This document shows positions 47,751 to 56,465 of a stretch of 64,000 nt of DNA, piece after piece (within the stretch, counting starts at the first letter, position 1; each line of letters starts with the position of its first letter). The translations under genes and the position numbers were made by a program. Source of the DNA: Candidatus Ancaeobacter aquaticus (lineage in GTDB: Bacteria; Auribacterota; Ancaeobacteria; Ancaeobacterales; Ancaeobacteraceae); contig JAVCCP010000067.1 of assembly GCA_030765405.1 (NCBI GenBank), positions 97,051 through 161,050 on the forward strand, read 5' to 3'. The notes below the pieces were generated by a model. It ran no database searches and was not told where the DNA came from. It worked only from the letters and a program-made list of their open reading frames with translations.

Positions 47751-50003
47751 ATGAACGAAGTGCATTTTAATTTAATCGCAAAAGAAATGAAACTCGATCC
47801 AAAACGTGTTCTTGCCGCAGTGTTGCTTCTTGACGGTGGTGCTACGGTACCCTTTATTGCACGATATAGAAAAGAATTAACAGATACTCTTGATGAGGTA
47901 CAAATTACTGATATACGCGATAGGATCAATCAGCTGCGTGATCTCGATAAACGACGTGATGCGATTATTAAGTCTCTTGAAGAAAGAAAACTGCTTACTG
48001 AAACACTCAAGAAGAAGGTAATGGCTGCAGAATCTCTTACCGTACTAGAAGATATATACCTGCCGTATCGACCAAAAAAACGTACCAAAGCAACAGTGGC
48101 AAAAGAAAAGGGTCTGGAACCACTGGCAAAATTGATTTTTGAACAAACAGATGTTGATCTTATCGCGGCTACAAAAAAATATGTTAATAAGAAAAAAGGC
48201 GTGGAAGGCAGTGAAGATGCACTTGCAGGTGCTCGTGATATTGTTGCCGAATGGATGAATGAAGATCAGGGTATACGTGCAAAGATGAGAGAGCTGTTTG
48301 CGGCTGAAGGATTGATTAGGTCAAAAGTCTGTAAAGGTAAAGAAAAAGACGGCATTAAGTATAAAGACTATTATGAATGGGAAGAAAAAATAGCTACCGC
48401 GCCTTCACACCGTATTCTTGCTATTCGAAGAGGTGAAAGTGAAGGGTTTTTAATGGCACGCATCACTCCGCTTGAAGAAGATGCTGTTTCATTGATGGAT
48501 CAATATTTTGTTAAAAATAGTACTGAGTCAGCTCAGCAGGTAAAACTTGCAGCACATGACGGTTACAAGAGATTATTATCTGTAGGTATGGAAACAGAAG
48601 TGCGGCTATCATCAAAGAAACGTGCTGATGAAGAGGCTATAACCGTATTTGTTGAAAATTTAAGACAGCTTCTTTTAGCATCTCCTCTTGGAGAGAAAAA
48701 TGTACTTGCTATTGATCCCGGTTTTAGAACAGGGTGTAAAGTTGTGGCTATTAATAAACAAGGGAAATTTCTTTTTACTGAAGTGATATATCCTCATGGA
48801 TCAGAATTTAGTGCCTCAGAAGCAACTGAAGCAGTAGTGAGTATGTGTAAAAAATATGAAATAGAAGCAATTGCGGTAGGTAACGGTACTGCGGGTAGAG
48901 AGACAGAAGCATTTGTTAGAGATATTAAGGCGCTAAACAAAATACCTGTGATACTAGTCAATGAAAGCGGAGCATCTATTTATTCTGCGTCTGCAGTTGC
49001 CCGTGAAGAATTTCCTGATCAGGATCTTACGGTACGTGGGGCTGTGTCTATTGGCAGGCGGCTCATGGATCCTTTATCAGAACTTGTTAAGATCGATGCA
49101 AAATCGATTGGTGTCGGTCAATACCAGCACGATGTAGACCAGAATGCGTTAAAAAATAGTCTTGATGATGTTGTTGTTAGCTGTGTAAATGCGGTAGGTG
49201 TTGAAGTAAATACATCAAGCAAACAGCTTCTGACCTATGTATCCGGTGTTGGACCAAAGTTAGCGCAATTAATTATAGAATATCGAAATGAAAATGGTCC
49301 TTTTACAACAAGAAAAGAACTGCTCAAAGTGTCGACACTTGGACCAAAAGTATTTGAACAGGCAGCAGGTTTTTTGCGTATACGTGGCGCAAAGAATAAA
49401 CTTGATTGTAGTGCGGTACACCCTGAAAGCTATCATGTAGTTGAGGCTATGGCTAAAGATCTGGGTAGTACAGTAACTGATATTATATCTGACAGCTCAC
49501 TTCAAAATAAGATAGATCTGAAGAAATATGTTACTGATACAGTGGGGTTACCGACTTTGCAGGACATTGTAAAAGAATTAGCGAAGCCGGGAAGAGATCC
49601 CCGCAAAGAATTTGAAGAGATAAAATTCCAGGATGGTGTAACAACAATGGATGATCTTAAAGTGGGGATGAAACTCACCGGAGTAATAACCAATATTACT
49701 GCATTTGGAGCATTTGTTGATATAGGCGTCCATCAGGACGGATTAGTCCATATCAGCCAAATGTCAGACGGTTTTGTGAAGAGTCCCGCTGATGTAGTAA
49801 AAGTCCAACAAAAGGTTACCGTAACCGTAATGGAAATTGATAAAGACCGAAAACGCATCGCTCTATCTATGAAGACCAAACTCGAGAAAGATTTTTCTCT
49901 CAAAAAAGACCATCCTAAAAAGGCGAGCCCATCGCAAAAGAGTGATTCATCTATGAGTGACTTTGGAAAAAAACTGATGGAAGCAGCTTTAAAGTCACAA
50001 TAA
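47751..50003 (+). CDS. tex: Transcription accessory protein Tex (HTH, YqgF, HhH and S1 domains)
   Basis: 750 aa, colinear with Tex. YqgF-like (LAIDPGFRTGCKV), HhH, and C-terminal S1 (GMKLTGVITNITAFGAFVDIG). Confidence 0.9.
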   Translation: MNEVHFNLIAKEMKLDPKRVLAAVLLLDGGATVPFIARYRKELTDTLDEVQITDIRDRINQLRDLDKRRDAIIKSLEERKLLTETLKKKVMAAESLTVLEDIYLPYRPKKRTKATVAKEKGLEPLAKLIFEQTDVDLIAATKKYVNKKKGVEGSEDALAGARDIVAEWMNEDQGIRAKMRELFAAEGLIRSKVCKGKEKDGIKYKDYYEWEEKIATAPSHRILAIRRGESEGFLMARITPLEEDAVSLMDQYFVKNSTESAQQVKLAAHDGYKRLLSVGMETEVRLSSKKRADEEAITVFVENLRQLLLASPLGEKNVLAIDPGFRTGCKVVAINKQGKFLFTEVIYPHGSEFSASEATEAVVSMCKKYEIEAIAVGNGTAGRETEAFVRDIKALNKIPVILVNESGASIYSASAVAREEFPDQDLTVRGAVSIGRRLMDPLSELVKIDAKSIGVGQYQHDVDQNALKNSLDDVVVSCVNAVGVEVNTSSKQLLTYVSGVGPKLAQLIIEYRNENGPFTTRKELLKVSTLGPKVFEQAAGFLRIRGAKNKLDCSAVHPESYHVVEAMAKDLGSTVTDIISDSSLQNKIDLKKYVTDTVGLPTLQDIVKELAKPGRDPRKEFEEIKFQDGVTTMDDLKVGMKLTGVITNITAFGAFVDIGVHQDGLVHISQMSDGFVKSPADVVKVQQKVTVTVMEIDKDRKRIALSMKTKLEKDFSLKKDHPKKASPSQKSDSSMSDFGKKLMEAALKSQ

Positions 50004-50081
50004 TTGTTATTACTCATATTTATAAGGTGCGCCTTTTTTTTGTTTGCAACACATATGAATTAAGTTATAATTTAGGATGTT

Positions 50082-50970
50082 ATGAAGAAAAAAAGACATA
50101 AAAGCACTAAGTCAAGCGAGTTTCTGAGCGAGGAAATGGAATGGCTTTATCTTACACCTGCCCAGAGAATGCATGAGACAACAAAGTTATGGCAATTATT
50201 TATTGCTATGCGAGGGAACCTTGATCCTGAACCCGATCCTCAAAGTCCTTTCTATTTTCAAAAAAAATAAAGTCAAAGGCCTTTTAATTGGCGGCCAGGC
50301 ATGCATTATTTACGGTGCAGCTGAATTTAGCCGTGATTCTGATTTTGTTGTACTTTGTAAAGAAGATAATTTACAGAGAATACGCATTGCATTAAAGGAA
50401 TTGAAAGCTAAGATTATTTATGTCCCCCCATTAGAAATTGAATATTTAGAGCGTGGTCATGCCTGCCATTTTAGGTGCGTTGCCAGAGATGTACAGGGTT
50501 TACGGGTGGACGTAATTTCTAAACTCAGAGGTTGTGAACCGTTTGATGAATTATGGAAGCGAAGGAAGAGGATAATTTTGACAAGAACCAATTCTGTAGA
50601 TGTAATTGGACTTAAAGATCTTGTCCAGTGTAAAAAAACTCAGCGGGATAAAGATTGGTTAATGCTTAAACGGCTGGTTGAAAATGACATTATTATAAAC
50701 AAAGATAAGTGTCCATCCGATGATAAAATAAGATGGTGGCTTTTTGAATCCCGAATACCCGAAACCCTTATTAAGTTGACAGAGAAGTATCCTAAAATTG
50801 TAAAAAATTGCATATCTGATAGACCGTCTTTAATCTCAGCCATAAAAAAAGATTTACAAAAACTTAACGTGCAACTTCAAGAAGAAGAACGTGTAGAACG
50901 AGAGAAAGATATAGAGTATTGGACTCCCTTGAAAAAGGAACTGGAATTATTACGCAGGAAATTAAGATAG
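50082..50970 (+). pseudogene. Minimal nucleotidyltransferase-fold protein (GG...DSD motif) split by a +1 frameshift at an A8 homopolymer (50260-50267)
   Basis: ORF1 (50082-50270) ends at TAA directly after A8. The +1 frame continues FKKNKVKGLLIGGQACIIYGAAEFSRDSDFVV..., an NTase motif. The two pieces are colinear. Confidence 0.6.
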
Positions 50971-51142
50971 TTTATAGATTATATTAATAATTGGAATGCA
51001 CGAAGTATAGTGAAAAGCATCCCAAGCCGGTTTAAGGGGTATTATTTTTATGAGAGACCTCTTTCCCTTGGACTTACAGTGGTCCTGAAAGCGGAATAGA
51101 GGGAAAAGGCAATAAAGGGAGTTGAGCCCTTATTCACTCTAA

Positions 51143-51217
51143 AACCTTATTAAGTTGACAGAGAAGTATCCTGAAATATGAGAAAAAACTGCATATCTGA
51201 TAGATCGCTCTTTATTT
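51143..51217. repeat. Roughly 85%-identical copy of a 75-bp internal segment of the nucleotidyltransferase gene (original at 50762-50834), lying in the downstream intergenic region
   Basis: Original: AAACCCTTATTAAGTTGACAGAGAAGTATCCTAAAATTGTAAAAAATTGCATATCTGATAGACCGTCTTTAATC. Copy: AACCTTATTAAGTTGACAGAGAAGTATCCTGAAATATGAGAAAAAACTGCATATCTGATAGATCGCTCTTTATTT. Confidence 0.7.
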
Positions 51218-51308
51218 ATACAAAAATCAACAGTGTTGCACTGTAATTATTACGATTTGTAAGTGCTTTATATATAGTGATATATAATTATTTACCCCCC
51301 CCCAGCCC

Positions 51309-51337
51309 TTGACAAACCTTTTATTATCAGGTATAGT
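51309..51337 (+). promoter_or_regulatory. Near-consensus sigma70 promoter (TTGACA-17-TATAGT), immediately preceded by a C9 homopolymer at 51295-51303
   Basis: -35 TTGACA at 51309-51314, 17-nt spacer, -10 TATAGT at 51332-51337. The predicted TSS is about 51344. Confidence 0.55.
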
Positions 51338-51343
51338 TCATTT

Positions 51344-51409
51344 ATGAAACGAAAAAAGAAGAGGTCTGTACATAAACGGTATCTGAATAACAGAAAGAGT
51401 GAATTATGA
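51344..51409 (+). CDS. 21-codon highly basic upstream ORF (MKRKKKRSVHKRYLNNRKSEL). Apparently leaderless. Its TGA overlaps the ATG of the giant gene (ATGA).
   Basis: ATG at 51344 is 7 nt after the -10. It is in frame through TGA at 51407-51409. The giant gene ATG is at 51406. Confidence 0.4.
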   Translation: MKRKKKRSVHKRYLNNRKSEL

Positions 51410-54400
51410 AAGCATATTCTATCTCAATGTATCGGATGACACCCTTGATGAAGGTTATTAGTCTTGTTGTAGCATTTATTTTTATTTTTACTTCTACTAC
51501 ATTTGCTATTCCTCGCACAATGTTGGATGTAACCCAGTCCAAAGGGGTGCAATCTGTTTCAAAAGAAGCGGAGCTAACCTATCACATTAATCCGGCAAAA
51601 TTTCTTGTGCCTGAAAATTTCGGTATGGTTACCGAACGGTTCATATCATCAGGAACAAAAAATGCAAAGAAACTCATTATCCAGATACAGGATTCTCATT
51701 GCAATTATGAAGCGCAAAAGAATATATCGAAAATGATTCAGATAATGGCTACGGATAAATCAACAGCCGGGGCACTGAAAATGATTTCAGTAGAAGGATC
51801 GCAAGGTGTCGCAAATTTTGATTATGAGCGTTCTTTCCCTAACAGGGAAATCAGAAGCCAAACAAGCGATTATTTTATGAAAATAGGCTGGCTTACCGGA
51901 CCGGAATTGTATGAGATAGATTCAAAAGATAAGCCGCTACTTTTTTTTGGAGCGGAAGATAAAGATCTATACGAGAAAAATCTAGATTATTTCTTGAAGA
52001 GCAAAAAGGATATAGCGCGTGAACATGCATTTATAGATAAGGTATTGAGTGTAATAGCTGTTTTGAAAAGAAAAATATTTTCTAAGGCAATGCTTAATCT
52101 CGCACAGAAACGTCAAGAATGGGATGGTGGTATTCTACAGTTTACGGATTATTGCGGCTATATAGATAATCTAGCCTTAAAACACGGATTCGGGGAAAAA
52201 GGCGCAAAATATTTTAGTGATAAGAAAAAATATCCAAATTTCACTGCTGTTATGGAAAGTATTGATATTGAAAACAAAATAAATCCTAAAAAAATACAAT
52301 CTGAAAGAGAGGCGATTGTTAGTCATCTTCAAAAAAAGATGGTCAAGGAAGAACTTTCAGAGCTTGTCAAACAATCATTACACTTGCGTATAGGTAAAAT
52401 CACTTCAGATATGTTTTATAATTATTTAAATGAGGTGGTAATAAATAAAAAAATTGATATGAAAAAATATCCTAATTTAAAAGGATATATGCAAATAGTA
52501 AAACTGAACAGCGTATTAGATGCAGGAAAACTGTTTGGCGAAGTTGACAGGATAGAAAATGCAATAAAGAACAAAATGTTCAAGAATAGGGAAGAGAAAG
52601 AACTAGACCTGATGATAAAACAGGTAAATATAATGAAGAATCTTCTTAACTTGAGAATGTCGCGACGTGATCTTTCTTTCTATGACAATAATAAGAAAGA
52701 TATGACAGCTGATAAATTGATAAGAAAAGTAGGCAAACTGGCTAAAAAAACCGGTATAAGCAGTGATCTTTCCGGCTCGATTGCATGGCTAAAGGCAAAC
52801 AAAAATATAGATGTATCGGTATGTGAAGAATTTTATAAAGCGGCTTTAGCAAGAGATAAAGTGCTTGTTGAAAATACGATTAAAGAGATGGGTAGGACGA
52901 AAGCAAATGCGGTAGCAGTAGTGAGCGGAGGTTTTCATACGCAGGGTATGAAAGAACTATTTAAGGGTAAAGGGTATTCATATGTGGTGGTTACTCCCAG
53001 AATGACTAAAGCGTATAATGATAAAATATATCTTAGCCGAATGCTGAATAAGCAGACTGAATTTGACAAAATATTTGGTGCAACAGGCACGAGGCTTTCC
53101 GCATGGACAATGAGAGATAAGTTGATATTTAAGAAATCATGGGCTACCGAATTAGCGCTTATGGCAGAAAAGTTAGGTGATTTTATCGCATTCAGGCAGT
53201 GGATTTTTATGAATAAAACAGATCTCGGCATTGATATCGTTGAAGATAAAGATGGTTTAAAGATTGTTGATCAAAGTAACGCAAAACAGGTATTGGTGAG
53301 AGAGGGTAAAGATGGTGCTCCAGAAATAACAGAAGTGAGTACGATGTCTGCCAAAATTTCTGAAGAATCAGGAGTAGACAAAGGAGCAGGACATCGAGAC
53401 ATCACGGTGGCAGAAGCCGAGAGACTTTCTGATCGCATGAAAAGCCAATTGGGTTATTTTGTTGATAAGCTTCTGGAAGAATTAGCATCAACTGAATTTG
53501 ATAATATGAAAAGAGATGCTCTGAGTATTAAAGCTCTCATTGCAGAGAATGGGAATCTTGAGGATATTAAAAAAGCGGTGAGTAAATTGCGATTATCAGA
53601 GAGCGAAGTTTATAAGCAATTGCAGGAAGAGGGCAAAGATATAGAAGAAGAGGCGTGGGTTTTTGATTGGATGGATTTCACGAAATATGTCGTTAAGAAT
53701 AATTTAGAGGCTGAAGAGGAAGAAATTGTTGTAGTAGCTGCAGCAGCTGAAGCACGTGAAGTGATAAACCAGACAGACGGTGATGATGAACTTGTCAAAG
53801 GTTCCATGCTCGCCAAAGCGCCTGAGGTTAAGGTACACGATCACTGGGAAGAGATGAATTTTATTACGGCAGGTAATAAGAAGTCTGATGTGACAGAGCG
53901 TGTAAGAGCAATCAGTGCGCTTGGCGAAATGAAAACACCTTTGACTATTAAATCGGAAGTCATAGTAAAAAAGTTACAGGATCTGGCAGTGGATAAGGGA
54001 GAGCCAAATGAGGTGCAGCAGGCTGCAATACATGCGTTGATGGCGCAAGACGAGTCAAAAGCTATCGCTTTTATGGGGGAACACTCGCTTATTCTTGTTA
54101 TGGATCAGACAGACGGTGATGATGAACTTGTCAAAGGTCCCATGCTCGCCAAAGCGCCTGTTAGAATACCTGCAGAGGCAATGGATCAGACTGACGGTGA
54201 TGATGAGAAGAAGGTGGAGCCGCGATCGCACGATCACTGGGAAGCGATGAATATTCTTACGGCCGGCGACAAGAAGTCTGATGTGACAAAGCGTGTGGAA
54301 GCGATCAGGACGCTTGGCATGATGAAAGCTCCGTCGACTTTTAAGGTGGAAGACATAGTGAAACAACTGCAGGATATGGCGATGGACAAGGGAGAGCCAG

Positions 54401-56307
54401 TCGAGATACAGCAGGCGGCGCTCGCCGCGTTTATGGAGCTGAAAGGAGAACTTCCCGCGATGATTGAGGGGACGCCGTCGATGTTTGCCAAAGTGGCTGA
54501 GAAAACAGCACGTATAAAAGATATAGAAACGATTACTAATGAGATTCATGGCATTCCGGGTATGATAGATGAGTTCGATTTGAAGGGAAGAGAAGGGATG
54601 CCGACTGGCTTCGACCTGATTAAAAGATCGCAAGACGCTGATGAGCTGATATCGGCGAGGAGTGAACAAGAATATAAAGAAAGTCGCAAAAAGATAACCG
54701 ATTGGTTGGATGAGATTAACAAGAAGATAGGGGTTGAAGCAAAAAATGTCATGCAAGAGAAAAAGGGAAAAGTGTTGGATGTTGTGTTGAAGGAATATGC
54801 CGGAAAGAGTTTTAAAAGAAATATAACTGGGGGTATCCCTCAAGGGATGACAGCGCTGGTGCAGGAGATTCAGCGGCGCGGAGAATTTCGTCTATTAACG
54901 GAACAGGATATTCAGGAAGTGTTGGAAAAGAATGTAATCGCTAATGTTCTTGCTAATCCGGCTGAGGGTAATTTCACAGTTAAGGTAATGATGAAAGAAG
55001 CCAAAGCGTCTGAAGTTACAAGACCAGGAGTTGGATCTACTGAAGGTTATGTGAACGAAGCGATATTGAATGCATATAATAGTTATGCAGAAAATCCTGA
55101 TGGCGCAGTAGAACTAATATTAAATGCATTGAGTAATATGGAGGAAGATGAGTATCTTGTGAATCTGGTAACAGCGATTGATATATTGAGTGGCGTTAAT
55201 CGCCCTAATTTCAATTCTTTAATCGATTATTTATTAGCTAAAAAAGACAGTACCGATCATAGTGGTTTAAAAGATGAGATTAAGCCGATAGTAGATGAAA
55301 TACTTGCTGCTGAGGAGGAGTTGTTGTATGATAAACTTGCGGGGAAGCTTAATGGACTGAAATTAACAGAAGGTTCAGATGCAGAAAAGGCGCGTGATAT
55401 TTTAGTAAGTGTCATAAAGACAGGTGATTTGGCTGTTATCAGGGCAACAATCTCTCGTGCTGTACTCGATATTCCCCGTGATGTGTTTCTTAATGATGTC
55501 AAGACAAACGTAGAAGATATGTTGAGTCCGGGGTTTGTTTCAAGCAGTTTAGGTGTTATGTATTATTCATTGATAGGTTTAAATGAGGCAATGCCGTCAG
55601 AGGAGTATTTTGGGGCTGAATGGAAAGTGATAAGCGAAACTGTTAAAGCCAACATTAATACCACGGCAGTTGCAGATAGCGCTCTACTAAATAAGGAAAA
55701 CATTGATAAAAAAGAGATGTTGTTCCATCATGTTGAAAAAGCTACTGATCAGGTACAGCTTAAGATGCAGTTAAAAGAACACGTTGCGGCAGCGGTACAG
55801 GCAGTATTGCAAGGGCTTGATAAACGTGTTGTTGTTGCTGTAGATTATGCTGATTGGGATCAGGGAGTGTTCGATCAGGTCAAAGAAGAGGTCTTTAAAG
55901 AAAAGAAACTTATATCTGAGGAACAGAAGAAAAAGTTTAAAGAAATTATGGAGGATCACATAGTTATAGGAAAAGAAACGGATACTACGGATACTGTTGT
56001 GAGTGAAGCAAGAGATAAATTAGATGAGCTAAAAGCTTACACGCTTGTATCAATAGATATCCCTGCAGCACTATTTGGGAAATATGAAGATATGATTACA
56101 TTGGAAAATCTCGCTATATTCCTCTTAACATCTAATGGCAAGATAAATGTCGTTGATCTTGATCTTGTTAAAGCGAAGGCTATGGGTCTTAAAGATGTGG
56201 TAGCTGCAATAGAAAGTGACAGTTTGTTGCCAATATTGGATGATGGTGCGACGATACGGACAAATGCTGTTATAAACGCGTATCAGGCACTTGGATTCCA
56301 GGCATAA
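51406..56307 (+). CDS. Giant (1633 aa) signal-anchored protein: N-terminal TM segment, Tiki/TraB/GumN/ChaN-superfamily-like domain, acidic linker, HEAT (PBS-lyase-type) repeats, long alpha-helical C-terminal region. Function unknown.
   Basis: N-terminal hydrophobic segment (LMKVISLVVAFIFIFTSTTFA). ...KKLIIQIQDSHCNYEAQ... and ...AVAVVSGGFHTQGMKELFKGKGYSYVVV... resemble the two GxxH-type motifs of the ChaN/TraB/GumN family (C-terminal consensus vAvGaaHl.Ge.Gl..lL...GY.V). Repeats HDHWEEMNFITAGNKKSDVTERVRAISALGEMK / HDHWEAMNILTAGDKKSDVTKRVEAIRTLGMMK look like HEAT repeats. AAAGAG SD lies 7 nt upstream. Family assignments are from memory. Confidence 0.8.
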   Translation: MKAYSISMYRMTPLMKVISLVVAFIFIFTSTTFAIPRTMLDVTQSKGVQSVSKEAELTYHINPAKFLVPENFGMVTERFISSGTKNAKKLIIQIQDSHCNYEAQKNISKMIQIMATDKSTAGALKMISVEGSQGVANFDYERSFPNREIRSQTSDYFMKIGWLTGPELYEIDSKDKPLLFFGAEDKDLYEKNLDYFLKSKKDIAREHAFIDKVLSVIAVLKRKIFSKAMLNLAQKRQEWDGGILQFTDYCGYIDNLALKHGFGEKGAKYFSDKKKYPNFTAVMESIDIENKINPKKIQSEREAIVSHLQKKMVKEELSELVKQSLHLRIGKITSDMFYNYLNEVVINKKIDMKKYPNLKGYMQIVKLNSVLDAGKLFGEVDRIENAIKNKMFKNREEKELDLMIKQVNIMKNLLNLRMSRRDLSFYDNNKKDMTADKLIRKVGKLAKKTGISSDLSGSIAWLKANKNIDVSVCEEFYKAALARDKVLVENTIKEMGRTKANAVAVVSGGFHTQGMKELFKGKGYSYVVVTPRMTKAYNDKIYLSRMLNKQTEFDKIFGATGTRLSAWTMRDKLIFKKSWATELALMAEKLGDFIAFRQWIFMNKTDLGIDIVEDKDGLKIVDQSNAKQVLVREGKDGAPEITEVSTMSAKISEESGVDKGAGHRDITVAEAERLSDRMKSQLGYFVDKLLEELASTEFDNMKRDALSIKALIAENGNLEDIKKAVSKLRLSESEVYKQLQEEGKDIEEEAWVFDWMDFTKYVVKNNLEAEEEEIVVVAAAAEAREVINQTDGDDELVKGSMLAKAPEVKVHDHWEEMNFITAGNKKSDVTERVRAISALGEMKTPLTIKSEVIVKKLQDLAVDKGEPNEVQQAAIHALMAQDESKAIAFMGEHSLILVMDQTDGDDELVKGPMLAKAPVRIPAEAMDQTDGDDEKKVEPRSHDHWEAMNILTAGDKKSDVTKRVEAIRTLGMMKAPSTFKVEDIVKQLQDMAMDKGEPVEIQQAALAAFMELKGELPAMIEGTPSMFAKVAEKTARIKDIETITNEIHGIPGMIDEFDLKGREGMPTGFDLIKRSQDADELISARSEQEYKESRKKITDWLDEINKKIGVEAKNVMQEKKGKVLDVVLKEYAGKSFKRNITGGIPQGMTALVQEIQRRGEFRLLTEQDIQEVLEKNVIANVLANPAEGNFTVKVMMKEAKASEVTRPGVGSTEGYVNEAILNAYNSYAENPDGAVELILNALSNMEEDEYLVNLVTAIDILSGVNRPNFNSLIDYLLAKKDSTDHSGLKDEIKPIVDEILAAEEELLYDKLAGKLNGLKLTEGSDAEKARDILVSVIKTGDLAVIRATISRAVLDIPRDVFLNDVKTNVEDMLSPGFVSSSLGVMYYSLIGLNEAMPSEEYFGAEWKVISETVKANINTTAVADSALLNKENIDKKEMLFHHVEKATDQVQLKMQLKEHVAAAVQAVLQGLDKRVVVAVDYADWDQGVFDQVKEEVFKEKKLISEEQKKKFKEIMEDHIVIGKETDTTDTVVSEARDKLDELKAYTLVSIDIPAALFGKYEDMITLENLAIFLLTSNGKINVVDLDLVKAKAMGLKDVVAAIESDSLLPILDDGATIRTNAVINAYQALGFQA

Positions 56308-56324
56308 AAATCGTAACTCGTAAT

Positions 56325-56368
56325 AGCAAAGGGCATGTCACAGGTGATGTGCCCTTTGCTTTATTATT
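56325..56368 (+). terminator. Intrinsic terminator for the giant gene: 17-bp stem (two G.U) followed by TTATTATT. It lies between convergent genes.
   Basis: AGCAAAGGGCATGTCAC-AG-GTGATGTGCCCTTTGCT then TTATTATTCTG. Confidence 0.6.
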
Positions 56369-56465
56369 CTGCATCGTTGTGTAGAAATAATAACGCAGGT
56401 TAAAGCCCTGCGGCTAACGTACTAGAGTAGGATAGGTGTCCTGCCTGTCAAAAAGAAAAAGTTGG

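Noticed and set aside
47657-47929. 5' extension of the CPBP protease ORF (ORF track 47003-47929, TTG start)
   Set aside because: The extension overlaps the tex start and promoter region and encodes a low-complexity Ile/Phe/Lys-rich sequence. The internal ATG at 47656 gives a normal CPBP N-terminus.
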